The notes: generated by a model from the sequence alone, not told the origin. Shown: positions 10,958 through 19,613, numbered from the stretch's first letter. The stretch: 27,516 bases of DNA from a virus (IMGVR_UViG_2563366923_000009), one strand, 5' to 3'. Numbers and translations are program-made.

Positions 10958-11170
10958 TTGTCCCGTAAAATGACAGGAATTGTCAAAACCTTTGACGGCA
11001 AAAGCGGCAAGGGTCTTATCACCCCATCCGATGGTCGTATCGATGTCCAGCTTCATGTTTCAGCGCTCAATCTCCGCGATGCAGAAGAAATTACCACCGG
11101 ATTACGCGTGGAATTTTGCCGGATAAATGGTCTGCGTGGCCCTTCAGCTGCCAATGTTTACCTTTCATGA
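10958..11170 (+). CDS. cspF: Cold-shock-domain protein, divergent member
   Basis: 70 aa, [23 protein letters not shown]; cold-shock-domain length and spacing but degenerate RNP motifs; divergent from cspB. Confidence 0.85.
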
Positions 11171-11460
11171 GCTATATTAAAGCTTTAATTTCAGGCCCCA
11201 TCGGATCACACATGGAGAGTTTTTATGAATAACCCCGTCTGTCTTGATGACTGGTTGATTGGCTTTAAAAGCTTATGCTGTACTTTGGCCGTAATAGCTC
11301 TGCTAATAATATAATAAGCAGACTCATTGTGTTTAGGGACATTGTACTGGAAGAAAACATTTTAAACATCAGGCAAATAACCAAGTCACCAGCTAAATAA
11401 TAAGTTGACAGACATGAGTCCCGGGATGAGATTCAACATTACCATTGCCCCATTTAAAGC

Positions 11461-11490
11461 ACAAAACCCGCTCATCAGCGGGTTTTCTAC
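11461..11490. terminator. Bidirectional intrinsic terminator (candidate tR' for the late promoter and terminator of cspF)
   Basis: aaacccgctcatcagcgggttt with T-runs on both sides. Confidence 0.55.
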
Positions 11491-11530
11491 TTTTTCTTAA
11501 CGTCGGGTATACAAAGCCCATCGTTGAAAA

Positions 11531-11559
11531 AATTTTATCCATATTTTTTGAAAAATGCA
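11531..11559 (-). promoter_or_regulatory. Candidate late promoter (pR'-like) immediately downstream of the Q gene
   Basis: Minus strand TTTGCA / TTGCAT, 17-18 nt spacer, TAAAAT; lies between the Q stop (11592) and the hairpin at 11461..11482. Confidence 0.3.
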
Positions 11560-11591
11560 AACATCATGTCGCCATCTTCAGCAAAAATCAT

Positions 11592-12344
11592 TTATCTCGT
11601 CACCTTCCTCAATTGCGCTTCCGCGTATGCTTCTTCCTGCCAGCACTTTGTTACCAGTTTACCAATGACGTCCGCATACCCCTTATACCACTGATAATCG
11701 GTCAGGTCTGGTACCAGCTTCTGGACATGACGTCGTGCCAGCGTGGTCGGTAAACGACTAAACCGGTTTCCATTACAACGCCCACAAATCTTATATACCG
11801 GTACGCCATGAAACCGGGTTCTTTTTTCATCCAGAACAATCCCTTTACCCTTACACCCTCTGCACGCTGTGCTGGCTTCGCCCTTACCATGGCAATGCTG
11901 ACATAGTTCCTTCACCCATTCTTCCTTGATTACAGATTCCCCGCGTCTGTAGTGTTTCACCACTTCGCGCAATACATTATAAAATCCCGTACCTGAACAA
12001 TGCTCACAGCGAGCCTTACTTGCCGCAGACCTGGAGTAATCAGCAAAGGCAAAACTCACGAGGTAAGGAATAATCTGTAACCGGATTTCTTCACTCAATT
12101 TGTTCAATGTCGGGTTATCCAGTGCCATCGCGTAATTTAGCAGGCCTTCAATCGCAAACTGAGGGTCCTGAACACCAACTTTTGCCAGAAATAAGGCCAA
12201 CCCAAGTGGTGCTTTCGACTGCACCATCCCCTGCGCTGCCATTACATCCGTAATTGTTAAACAACCGGTGCCTGTCGCTGGAGCGTCATCGCTCAATTTT
12301 GGAGATTTTGGGGAGTAATATTTTGGTAAGGCTTCAAGGTTCAT
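11592..12344 (-). CDS. quuQ: Late-gene antiterminator Q
   Basis: About 250 aa with multiple Cys pairs (CEHCSGTG, CQHCHGKG, CRGCKGKG, CGRCNG) forming zinc-finger-like clusters; located directly upstream of the lysis and moron block; start taken at MNLEAL. Confidence 0.8.
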   Translation of the reverse strand: MNLEALPKYYSPKSPKLSDDAPATGTGCLTITDVMAAQGMVQSKAPLGLALFLAKVGVQDPQFAIEGLLNYAMALDNPTLNKLSEEIRLQIIPYLVSFAFADYSRSAASKARCEHCSGTGFYNVLREVVKHYRRGESVIKEEWVKELCQHCHGKGEASTACRGCKGKGIVLDEKRTRFHGVPVYKICGRCNGNRFSRLPTTLARRHVQKLVPDLTDYQWYKGYADVIGKLVTKCWQEEAYAEAQLRKVTR

Positions 12345-12357
12345 GCTCGTTCTCCAC

Positions 12358-13446
12358 TTACGCCAGTACGCCAATTGCCAGCGCGCGATCGATAAAACGA
12401 AATATCAGCTCCAGTTGGGAGCCATACTTATCTTCAAATGCCACTGTATCCGTATGCAGCTCGTTGTGATGCTTTCTGCACAAAGGCAACACAAAGAGAT
12501 CATGTGCTTTTGTTCCCATTCCGCCCTGCCCGTGACCAATCAGATGATGCGGATCGTCGGCTGGCATACCGCAGCAAGCACACGGCTGTGTCTTAACCCA
12601 ACGTGTGTATTTCTCCTTAACCCAGCGGCGACGTTTAGGCAGCTTCATGAAAGATTCCGGAGACTCTGGATCAACGGTGATGCTTACCACCGTCTTTTCC
12701 TGTGGTGATTTTTGTTGCTGGTGGGCGTAAGGCAACGGTGCAAGATTTTTTGTGCGTTGTTTCAATATGCTGGTGGCGGTCTGCTCTCCCGGTACGATGT
12801 CGCTTTCGCGGTACACCGAGCAGATTTTTTCCGCTGGTAATCCCAGCGAACGACGCGATACAGCCTCAGGTAGTGCATCCACCACCTGATTGCAGACCGC
12901 CCACCAGGATAATTCAGCCAAAGATAATTCCCGCTCCTGCGTACCGCTTATTGCGTGACGGATGACGTCAATCACCCATGCTGTCAGATTTTGTTGAGCA
13001 AGCAGCTCCAGTGATTCCGATGTCTGGTCACGCAGTTGGTTGTCGCAGTGCCAGCACAACACCATTGCGCCGGTACCATAACGGTGAATGACTGTTTCAG
13101 TGTGATGGTAATCGCCATTAGGCCACTGGCAGGATGTAACATGACGTAATAGCCAGTCGGACAATGCGCCAACGCCGCCAGCAGCACGAATCACCCGTTC
13201 GTTACTAAAAAACGGCAGCAATGTTTTGTCTTCCGCCAGCGGCTGGCGAACGGCAGGAACGACTCCGGATGGCAGATTACGCATGCTTTTTGGTTCCGGT
13301 TCCACCAGCACTCGAGGATTATGAAATATCTGTATGGATTCACGGCCCGGCTTAAGGACCACCAGCCCAAGCTCAGGCACCAGAACAGGTCTAAGTAATA
13401 CCCGCACGTTACCTCCAGAACCGTTGCAGGAAAGTGCGGGACGCAC
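12358..13446 (-). CDS. ydfU: DUF968-type protein with C-terminal HNH-like Cys/His motif (nin-region protein)
   Basis: C-terminus CACCGMPADDPHHLIGHGQGGMGTKAHDLFVLPLCRKHHNELH; start ambiguous (ATG at 13446 or GTG at 13407, just after the stop of the upstream 92-aa ORF). Confidence 0.7.
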   Translation of the reverse strand: MRPALSCNGSGGNVRVLLRPVLVPELGLVVLKPGRESIQIFHNPRVLVEPEPKSMRNLPSGVVPAVRQPLAEDKTLLPFFSNERVIRAAGGVGALSDWLLRHVTSCQWPNGDYHHTETVIHRYGTGAMVLCWHCDNQLRDQTSESLELLAQQNLTAWVIDVIRHAISGTQERELSLAELSWWAVCNQVVDALPEAVSRRSLGLPAEKICSVYRESDIVPGEQTATSILKQRTKNLAPLPYAHQQQKSPQEKTVVSITVDPESPESFMKLPKRRRWVKEKYTRWVKTQPCACCGMPADDPHHLIGHGQGGMGTKAHDLFVLPLCRKHHNELHTDTVAFEDKYGSQLELIFRFIDRALAIGVLA

Positions 13447-13687
13447 GTGGTGGGCGTTCGGAATAAGGCAGCCTGACAGAGATTATCCAGTGCCGATAGT
13501 CGAGACTGAGAGCTTTCTTAACCTCGAACCCGCGCCTGCGGTAAGAATGAATCAGCCATTCGGCCTGTTCTGCAGTGCATGGAGGGTGCTGGAACCATTC
13601 AGACTTGAATGCGTGAGAATACCGCCCGTGCGTGCAGGCAAGAACGGGCGAATTATCAGAATTGTAATATTTTGCGTTGCGTGCCAT
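13409..13687 (-). CDS. Hypothetical protein (92 aa), possibly a frame-shifted N-terminal part of the downstream gene
   Basis: ORF with protein-like composition ending 1 nt before a possible GTG start of ydfU. Confidence 0.35.
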   Translation of the reverse strand: MARNAKYYNSDNSPVLACTHGRYSHAFKSEWFQHPPCTAEQAEWLIHSYRRRGFEVKKALSLDYRHWIISVRLPYSERPPRASRTFLQRFWR

Positions 13688-13753
13688 CGGTTTTCTCCGG
13701 TGGCACGGTGTTACTCAGCGGGAGTTCAGCCCCGCGCAAGATTGTAGATGAGT

Positions 13754-14005
13754 TTATTCTCCTGAAAAAGCAGAAAAGCCAGCTTTTATTCCGATCTCTT
13801 TCAATGCCTGTAATGAAGTGACAAACTCACCTTCGCGCAAGATAAATCCGTCCGTGACCCGAGCATCCACAAAATTAATTAACGCAGCCCCATTCTTTCG
13901 CAAACACATAATGCGGTAATGACTAACAAGATTTCCATTTTCAACGCACACAGCATAGAGGCCATCTTCACAAAAAATTTTACGCAGTTCTTCGATGTTC
14001 ATCAT
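13754..14005 (-). CDS. rem: Small prophage protein (83 aa)
   Basis: 83-aa ORF between ydfU and hokD; length and position match Qin rem as recalled. Confidence 0.5.
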   Translation of the reverse strand: MMNIEELRKIFCEDGLYAVCVENGNLVSHYRIMCLRKNGAALINFVDARVTDGFILREGEFVTSLQALKEIGIKAGFSAFSGE

Positions 14006-14120
14006 CAGAATCCTTCCGGATAATTAGCTCTCCCCTTTAAGGGACCATCCCTCTTATCCCTGCGCGCTACTTAAGTATTTTTGATTCTATTCCGGCACCG
14101 TCCAGAACTTCAAACGCGTT

Positions 14121-14153
14121 GAAAATAAAAACAAAAACCCGCCGAAGCGGGTT
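14121..14153 (-). terminator. Intrinsic terminator of the relB-relE-hokD operon
   Basis: Minus strand aacccgcttcggcgggtt followed by tttgtttttatttt, about 70 nt downstream of hokD. Confidence 0.65.
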
Positions 14154-14221
14154 AAGTGCGGGTGCGTTGAGGATGCCTGCCACATCAGAGGTGGCGAGGG
14201 ATTTCTCCCCCGCCGGGTCTC

Positions 14222-14377
14222 TTACTCCTCAGGTTCGTAAGCTGTGAAGACAGCGACCTCCGTCTGGCCGGTTCGGATTCGTACCTCGCAGAGGTCTTTC
14301 CTCGTTACCAGTGCCGTCACTATGACGGTTAAACAGATGACGATCAGGGCGATTAACATCGCCTTTTGCTGCTTCAT
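14222..14377 (-). CDS. hokD: Hok-family membrane toxin (51 aa)
   Basis: Not in the ORF track; hand translation MKQQKAMLIALIVICLTVIVTALVTRKDLCEVRIRTGQTEVAVFTAYEPEE, the canonical Hok TM helix plus periplasmic tail. Confidence 0.85.
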   Translation of the reverse strand: MKQQKAMLIALIVICLTVIVTALVTRKDLCEVRIRTGQTEVAVFTAYEPEE

Positions 14378-14448
14378 AGCCTGCTTCTCCTGTCAACGCA
14401 AAGCAGAAGTGTCACCTTCGGTGCGAAACAGAGATGTCATGCTTTGGT

Positions 14449-14736
14449 TCAGAGAATGCGTTTGACCGCCTCGCTATATACTTCCGAGCGTTCTCTTTTC
14501 CCAACAGAAATCACGAAAACGACAACTTTCTCGTCTATAACCTGGTATACAAGGCGATAGCCTGAAGACCGGAGCTTAATCTTGTAACAATCAGGCATAC
14601 CACGGAGCTTGTTTGCTTCAATCCGGGGTGACTCAAGTACTTCAACCAGCTTCTTTTTCAACTGTTCACGTACCGTCGAGCCCAGCTTTCGCCATTCCTT
14701 TAGTGCCCGCTCGTCAAAATCCAGAAAATACGCCAT
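14449..14736 (-). CDS. relE: RelE mRNA interferase toxin
   Basis: 95 aa, MAYFLDFDERALKEWRKLG...RLVYQVIDEKVVVFVISVGKRERSEVY. Confidence 0.95.
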   Translation of the reverse strand: MAYFLDFDERALKEWRKLGSTVREQLKKKLVEVLESPRIEANKLRGMPDCYKIKLRSSGYRLVYQVIDEKVVVFVISVGKRERSEVYSEAVKRIL

Positions 14737-14975
14737 CAGAGTTCATCCAGCGTCACACGTACTGGCTTAGGATTACGAAGCCGTTCTTTCACTATCTCCA
14801 CAAGTTCAGCATCTTCATCACTCAGGAGTGTCTGTTTGAACGGCAAGCGTTCATTGTCAGCGATATACTCGAGCATGAGACGAAGCGCTTCAGAAGGAGT
14901 TACACCCATTTTTTCAAGCGCGGCGTAAGAACGCGCTTTAAGTTCATCGTCAATACGCAGGTTAATGCTACCCAT
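14736..14975 (-). CDS. relB: RelB antitoxin (RHH)
   Basis: 79 aa, MGSINLRIDDELKARSYAALEKMGVTPSEALRLMLEYIADNERLPF; stop overlaps the relE start. Confidence 0.95.
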   Translation of the reverse strand: MGSINLRIDDELKARSYAALEKMGVTPSEALRLMLEYIADNERLPFKQTLLSDEDAELVEIVKERLRNPKPVRVTLDEL

Positions 14976-14986
14976 GTCTTACACCT

Positions 14987-15012
14987 CTTGTAATTACAAA
15001 TGTCATTACAAG
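14987..15012 (-). promoter_or_regulatory. relBE operator/promoter (relO-like palindromes)
   Basis: cttgtaattacaaatgtcattacaag, two overlapping TTGTAAT/ATTACAA inverted repeats 12 nt upstream of the relB ATG. Confidence 0.7.
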
Positions 15013-15305
15013 TATCGCACTACAACATGCTTAGGGCAAGTCACGAAGGAAGTCAGAAAGTAGTCGTAAGAACGGTGATCACTGTCCGCTTTGTGCCAGG
15101 AGCAGCCATTGCTAAGTCCATCCTGTATTGTGCAGGTCAGCTCGTTTTTAAAGAGTCCGGCCATCATCTTACTGGTACAGACACCATATACTTTGTGACG
15201 GTCAGGCTACATATGCACAACTCAACTTATTCATCTATTTTTTGCTTTAGCATGTCAGTGTTGCTTTCTCGTCGGCGGGTGAGCGGTGACCTGACCTGTC
15301 GATAA
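15000..15305 (+). CDS. Questionable 101-aa ORF (ydfV-like by length and position)
   Basis: ORF-track ORF overlapping the relBE operator region; atypical composition; retained only because a 101-aa ydfV is recalled at this position in Qin. Confidence 0.25.
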   Translation: MSLQVSHYNMLRASHEGSQKVVVRTVITVRFVPGAAIAKSILYCAGQLVFKESGHHLTGTDTIYFVTVRLHMHNSTYSSIFCFSMSVLLSRRRVSGDLTCR

Positions 15306-15457
15306 AGGAACGTAACACGTTTTATGCAACACCCGCATGCGGCAGAAAATTATTGCCGAACGTTTACCCCTGTCAACAAGCTTTACTTTCTGAGGCGCGC
15401 CAGCCCGCGAGGAAAACAATCTGAACATCAAACAATTAATGACACAAGAAATACGAT

Positions 15458-15484
15458 TAAAGATTTTTTTGTGCATGCCGATAG
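15458..15484 (+). promoter_or_regulatory. Sigma-28 (FliA) class 3 flagellar promoter
   Basis: TAAAGATT, 11-nt spacer, GCCGATAG versus consensus TAAAGTTT-N11-GCCGATAA, about 25 nt upstream of flxA. Confidence 0.7.
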
Positions 15485-15507
15485 TGCTTTTTTAAAAGGA
15501 GAAATCT

Positions 15508-15840
15508 ATGTCTGTCACAATTCAGGGAAATACCTCAACCGTTATTTCAAACAACTCCGCCCCGGAAGGAACATCAGAAATAGCCAAAATCACAAGACAA
15601 ATTCAGGTGCTGACTGAAAAGCTTGGGAAAATCTCATCGGAAGAGGGGATGACGACACAGCAGAAAAAAGAAATGGCTGCATTGGTACAGAAGCAAATTG
15701 AAAGCCTCTGGGCTCAACTGGAGCAGTTGTTAAGGCAGCAGGCAGAGAAAAAGAATGAAGACGCGACAGTTCAGCCTGATAAAAAAGAAGAGAAAAAAGA
15801 CGATACAAATACCGCTGGCACCATTGATATTTACGTCTAA
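15508..15840 (+). CDS. flxA: FlxA, FliA-regulated protein
   Basis: 110 aa, MSVTIQGNTSTVISNNSAPEG...QIQVLTEKL...; coiled-coil, Lys/Glu-rich C-terminus. Confidence 0.9.
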   Translation: MSVTIQGNTSTVISNNSAPEGTSEIAKITRQIQVLTEKLGKISSEEGMTTQQKKEMAALVQKQIESLWAQLEQLLRQQAEKKNEDATVQPDKKEEKKDDTNTAGTIDIYV

Positions 15841-15855
15841 GTGACAGCCGTATTG

Positions 15856-15879
15856 TGGCCCTCATCGGGCCACTTTTCG
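15856..15879 (+). terminator. Intrinsic terminator of flxA
   Basis: gtggccctcatcgggccac followed by ttttc. Confidence 0.65.
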
Positions 15880-16127
15880 CCATCAGCCTTTTCTTTAAAG
15901 ACATATTATCTTTGTATCATTTCTGATAGTTAACATTACAAGATATAAGTAATGGACGCACTCCCAATTAGTCTATTTAAATCGCCACGAGTTTAACTGA
16001 CAACCCATGATCAATTATGAATTGCAACTATTTCTGTAGTCACTTTTGTGGGGACAGTCCACAAAACTGCCAACTTCCGCTTCTTGCTCTTAGCGGACAT
16101 TAGCATAGGCTATTTACCATAACGCCT

Positions 16128-17770
16128 CATTACGCGCACCGCCCAGACTGACTCAGCGCGTTTCTGGCATATCCCCGGTAAAACAAGTAACAAACCACCC
16201 GAAAATGAACACCAGAAACGCGACTTAAGAATCTACCCTATGAATGGATATGCACTCAACCGAATCGATCTTGGTTTCAATCTTTTTTATCGGGATCAGG
16301 CTTCTTTTTAGGTAACTTCGGGGGCTTAACTTGCTGATGACTTTGCGTTCGGCGCGTAAGCCAGGGATGGTCAGCTTTAGGTTTAACATAGTATTTTGAG
16401 CGTAAATCAATACGGGCATTATCCACTCGTTCATGGACACTCTTTTCATCATCCAGTGGTATAGGCTCCGGGCCATCAACATACTTTTCCCAGCCCAGCG
16501 CTTTCCCGTCATACAGAACGTTAATTTCACCGTCAAAGTTCTCGCATACAGTAACAACCGAATGCCTAAGTCGATATCCCCGGCCCTCACTGCGTACCTG
16601 AAACGCACTGCTTTTGTACTGGAAAGTGAGATTTTTAGACAGAACGCGCTTCGCCTGTAGGCTGAAGATATAACCCAGTTCCTCTTCAGAATGGTGCACA
16701 TCAAGATGAGCATTATCAGTAGTACGAGGCGACGTAGCGAACCGGTTGTTATAGGCTTCAATAAAGGTCGGCAACCATGCATTTGCTGTTTCAATATCAC
16801 TGATATTCTGAAGCCGCATTTCTTTGACCAGCCTGTCCTGTAGTGTCTGATTGGCGCGCTCTACCCGCCCTTTTGCCTGCGGGCTGTTGGCATGGATTGG
16901 CTCGATGCCCAGTGTCTTTATCGCACGAGTGAACTGGGTCAGCTCACCTTCCCGCTCTGGGTTATTTACCCTGAATATACTGTGTCTATCAGAGTAGAGA
17001 GCGAGCGGTACGCCATGATCATTAAGGTAACCCCGGAGGGTTTCCATGTAAGCCCGGGTTGTTTCAGCAGGCACAAAACGCAACGCCATCAACGCACTGG
17101 TGGCATCATCAATGAAAACGATCAGTGTACATCTGGGGCCTCGATTTTCAAACCAGTCATGAGGTGAGCCATCAATCTGGATCAGTTCACCGTAAGATGG
17201 TCGTCGCATGCGGCGTTGATATATACGGGCAATTTTACGACGGCGTTCACGCCATAACCCCTCTTCTATCATCCACTTTCTGAGAGTTTCAACGGATAAA
17301 GATAAACCGTGTATCTCGCGCAATTTTTCGCACGCAAACGTAGGTCCAAAATCAGCGTAACGGCCTTTGAGGAGTGAAATTACTGTTGCTCTGAATTCAG
17401 TAGAAAAGGAATTATTAGGACGCTTTCCACGTCGGTGGGAAACCAGACCAGAAGGCCCTTCATTTCTATACCGTTGCACCAGACGTTTAACCTGCCGAAT
17501 AGAAATGCCAATGCGTGCCGCAGCTTGTTCCTGAATAATCTGAAGTCGGTGGAGTTCCTTATGACTCATCGTAACAGTCTCTTTGATCATGAAAAATCCC
17601 CCAGAGAATTGTCTGGGGACATTTTAGAATGGTTCAAAGGGGACATTACAGCTTGGTGTTAACAATAGCCTGCTTCTCCGTGCCTTTCGGCACGTAAGAG
17701 GCTAACCTACATGTGTCTAGCATGAAATTGGCCTCAGATTAATGTTAAGCGTCTTGCAGGACGCGTAATG
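16128..17770 (-). mobile_element. Insertion sequence carrying an rve-type DDE transposase (ISNCY/IS481-like); boundaries approximate
   Basis: Intact transposase ORF; imperfect inverted match CATTACGCG(c/t)..C.GC..AGAC at 16128.. and on the reverse complement of 17762..17770; no clean target duplication identified. Confidence 0.35.
16277..17590 (-). CDS. DDE transposase with N-terminal HTH and integrase-core (rve) domain
   Basis: 437 aa; HTH region IGISIRQVKRLVQRY, catalytic-core-like segments LIQIDGSPHDWF, CTLIVFIDDATS, ANSPQAKGRVERAN (D, D, E-type spacing); Lys/Pro-rich C-terminal tail. Confidence 0.85.
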   Translation of the reverse strand: MIKETVTMSHKELHRLQIIQEQAAARIGISIRQVKRLVQRYRNEGPSGLVSHRRGKRPNNSFSTEFRATVISLLKGRYADFGPTFACEKLREIHGLSLSVETLRKWMIEEGLWRERRRKIARIYQRRMRRPSYGELIQIDGSPHDWFENRGPRCTLIVFIDDATSALMALRFVPAETTRAYMETLRGYLNDHGVPLALYSDRHSIFRVNNPEREGELTQFTRAIKTLGIEPIHANSPQAKGRVERANQTLQDRLVKEMRLQNISDIETANAWLPTFIEAYNNRFATSPRTTDNAHLDVHHSEEELGYIFSLQAKRVLSKNLTFQYKSSAFQVRSEGRGYRLRHSVVTVCENFDGEINVLYDGKALGWEKYVDGPEPIPLDDEKSVHERVDNARIDLRSKYYVKPKADHPWLTRRTQSHQQVKPPKLPKKKPDPDKKD

Positions 17771-17924
17771 TTAACTGGGGCTTTTCTCTATCTGCCGTTG
17801 GTGTCCATGCCCGAGGCAGATAGCCTCAAGCACCCGCAGTCATTCTACTTAACTAAGATTTCCCCGCAAACCGTTTTTGTCCAGCACAGTAAATATCCAA
17901 CTAAACCAATGGAGTTCGCTGTAT

Positions 17925-18143
17925 TTACCGCCAGTATTCAATGCACATGACCGCCATGAACACCCCTAAAAAAAGGGCATTTATATATCCAAATATTAAT
18001 ATCAAAACATCAACTTTTTCCATATACCTTGCTGTGAAGATGATGGGCATACATGATGCGAACAACCAGAACGCAACAAACAAAAACTGCAATGCGTTTT
18101 TCATTATTCCTCCTACAATCAATGTGCAATTACATTTAAACAC
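17925..18143 (-). CDS. Hypothetical small membrane protein (2 predicted TM helices)
   Basis: 72-aa ORF in an AT-rich stretch; hydrophobic segments ALQFLFVAFWLFASCMPIIF and VLILIFGYINALFLGVFMAVM; no recognisable family. Confidence 0.3.
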   Translation of the reverse strand: MFKCNCTLIVGGIMKNALQFLFVAFWLFASCMPIIFTARYMEKVDVLILIFGYINALFLGVFMAVMCIEYWR

Positions 18144-18358
18144 ACCTCAATTTGGCCGGACATATAAATATCTAAACCAGAAAAAATCACTTACATAGCG
18201 TTACAAACTCTTTAGTCTAAAGGTTCATCGTAAAACATTCCCCATACTTATCAGTCCGTTCCGCGCCAGGTAGCTCATTGCCTTATCTGGCAACCTGTAA
18301 TCAGGTTTCCGCTTTTTCAGTTGGCTGGTCGTTTAACCGACATAGTTAATCCATTAAT

Positions 18359-18646
18359 CTAGTTGCCGGATGTTGGTGGATTTTCGCGTTTTAGTTGTTC
18401 ATAAAAGTGCACAGCTTTAACCAGTTCTTCTGATGTAACTGGGACTGGTGAGGCAGTGAATAAGGCCTGAATTTGATAGTTCGGCCTGTCGTTACAATCC
18501 TCTTTTTTCGGTACATATTTCCAGTCACCAGACCACTACTTCCCCTGAAAGTCCGTAACGCCTTTTTTCACGTAGCGATATCGCCATGCCACTGGTTTTG
18601 CTTGCCCCGCCGTTTCATGCCCTTCCTGATAATTAATCTCGCTCAT
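18359..18646 (-). pseudogene. Decayed early-region gene: 96-codon frame interrupted by a single in-frame TAG at 18536..18538
   Basis: Hand translation: MSEINYQEGHETAGQAKPVAWRYRYVKKGVTDFQGK, TAG, WSGDWKYVPKKEDCNDRPNYQIQALFTASPVPVTSEELVKAVHFYEQLKRENPPTSGN; one stop in 96 codons is fewer than expected by chance. Confidence 0.35.
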
Positions 18647-19256
18647 TCATCGCCCCACTCATCACAATATGCTTCGACCGGAGTTTTTCCCGCTTCATAG
18701 TCATCACGCTAGGATTCGACATCAGCAGCACTTCCACCGCGTAACTCACCATAGTCCATTAATAGTTCATCCCGCTCTTCAAAACTGATGTTATATTTAG
18801 CTGAACAAAAATCAGCCACTTTGTTCTTCCTCATCGTCTTTTATTTCGTGGTATGAGTAATTGCAGTAGTTAAAGAAAATTTCTTATGCTCCGTCATGAA
18901 TTTCCTCAGGTGTTGCGTCATCGTCCACTTCGAATACATCCTCAAAATCTCCACCAGCTATTCCCGTTTCAATAATAATTTTGAACTTTCGCATTTCACT
19001 ACCGCCCTTTCGGGCGGCCTCCTGATGTTCTGAGGGTGCAGAAATCCATCCGGTTAAGGATTAAATTTTATTTACAGAACTGAATTTAATTATTCAGATA
19101 TACGTATCTGTAGCCTTACGAATCTACTCACTGGATGCCTCTTTCATAAAAATAATCCAGTGGGTTTTATCGTTTTTTCCCTGTTCGTTGACAGATAACA
19201 GGTTTTCTGTCTGTCAGTGCCAGAATCTGGCTTACCGGTATTTGCGTTTCATTCCA

Positions 19257-19613
19257 TTAAAAAATCAGAACGCCGTGCGGCCTCAACACCCGAAAGGCTT
19301 CTTTAAATCTCTGTCGCGAATCATCACGCCAGGCATCTTTATTCAGCCGTCCATATTTCTTTCCCATCCAGGCGTTATCACCAACACTCTCAAGATGCGG
19401 AGGGTCTAATACAACCATCGAAAAAGATGCGTCTGCAAATGATAATGCACGAAAATCTGCGATAATGTCAGGGCTGATAATCAAGCGTCTCCCATTGCGT
19501 AATGTGTATCCTTCTTTTCTGATATCGCTGAATATCGCCCGTTCGTCAGACTTATCGAACCAGAACATGCGGCTGCCACAGCACATATCAAGAATGGTTG
19601 CCGGTGCACTCAC
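19257..19613 (-). CDS. Amino-methyltransferase-like protein (motif I then DPPH motif IV), probably truncated
   Basis: 118 aa; ILDMCCGSR (SAM-binding motif I-like) at residues 7-15 and VVLDPPH (D/N-PP-Y/F/H catalytic motif) at 67-73, followed by LRPHGVLIF; too short for a complete methyltransferase. Confidence 0.5.
   Translation of the reverse strand: MSAPATILDMCCGSRMFWFDKSDERAIFSDIRKEGYTLRNGRRLIISPDIIADFRALSFADASFSMVVLDPPHLESVGDNAWMGKKYGRLNKDAWRDDSRQRFKEAFRVLRPHGVLIF

Noticed and set aside
16225-16800. 191-aa minus-strand ORF overlapping the transposase 3' half in another frame
   Set aside because: Nested in the transposase gene; the transposase frame has the recognisable motifs and this one has none.
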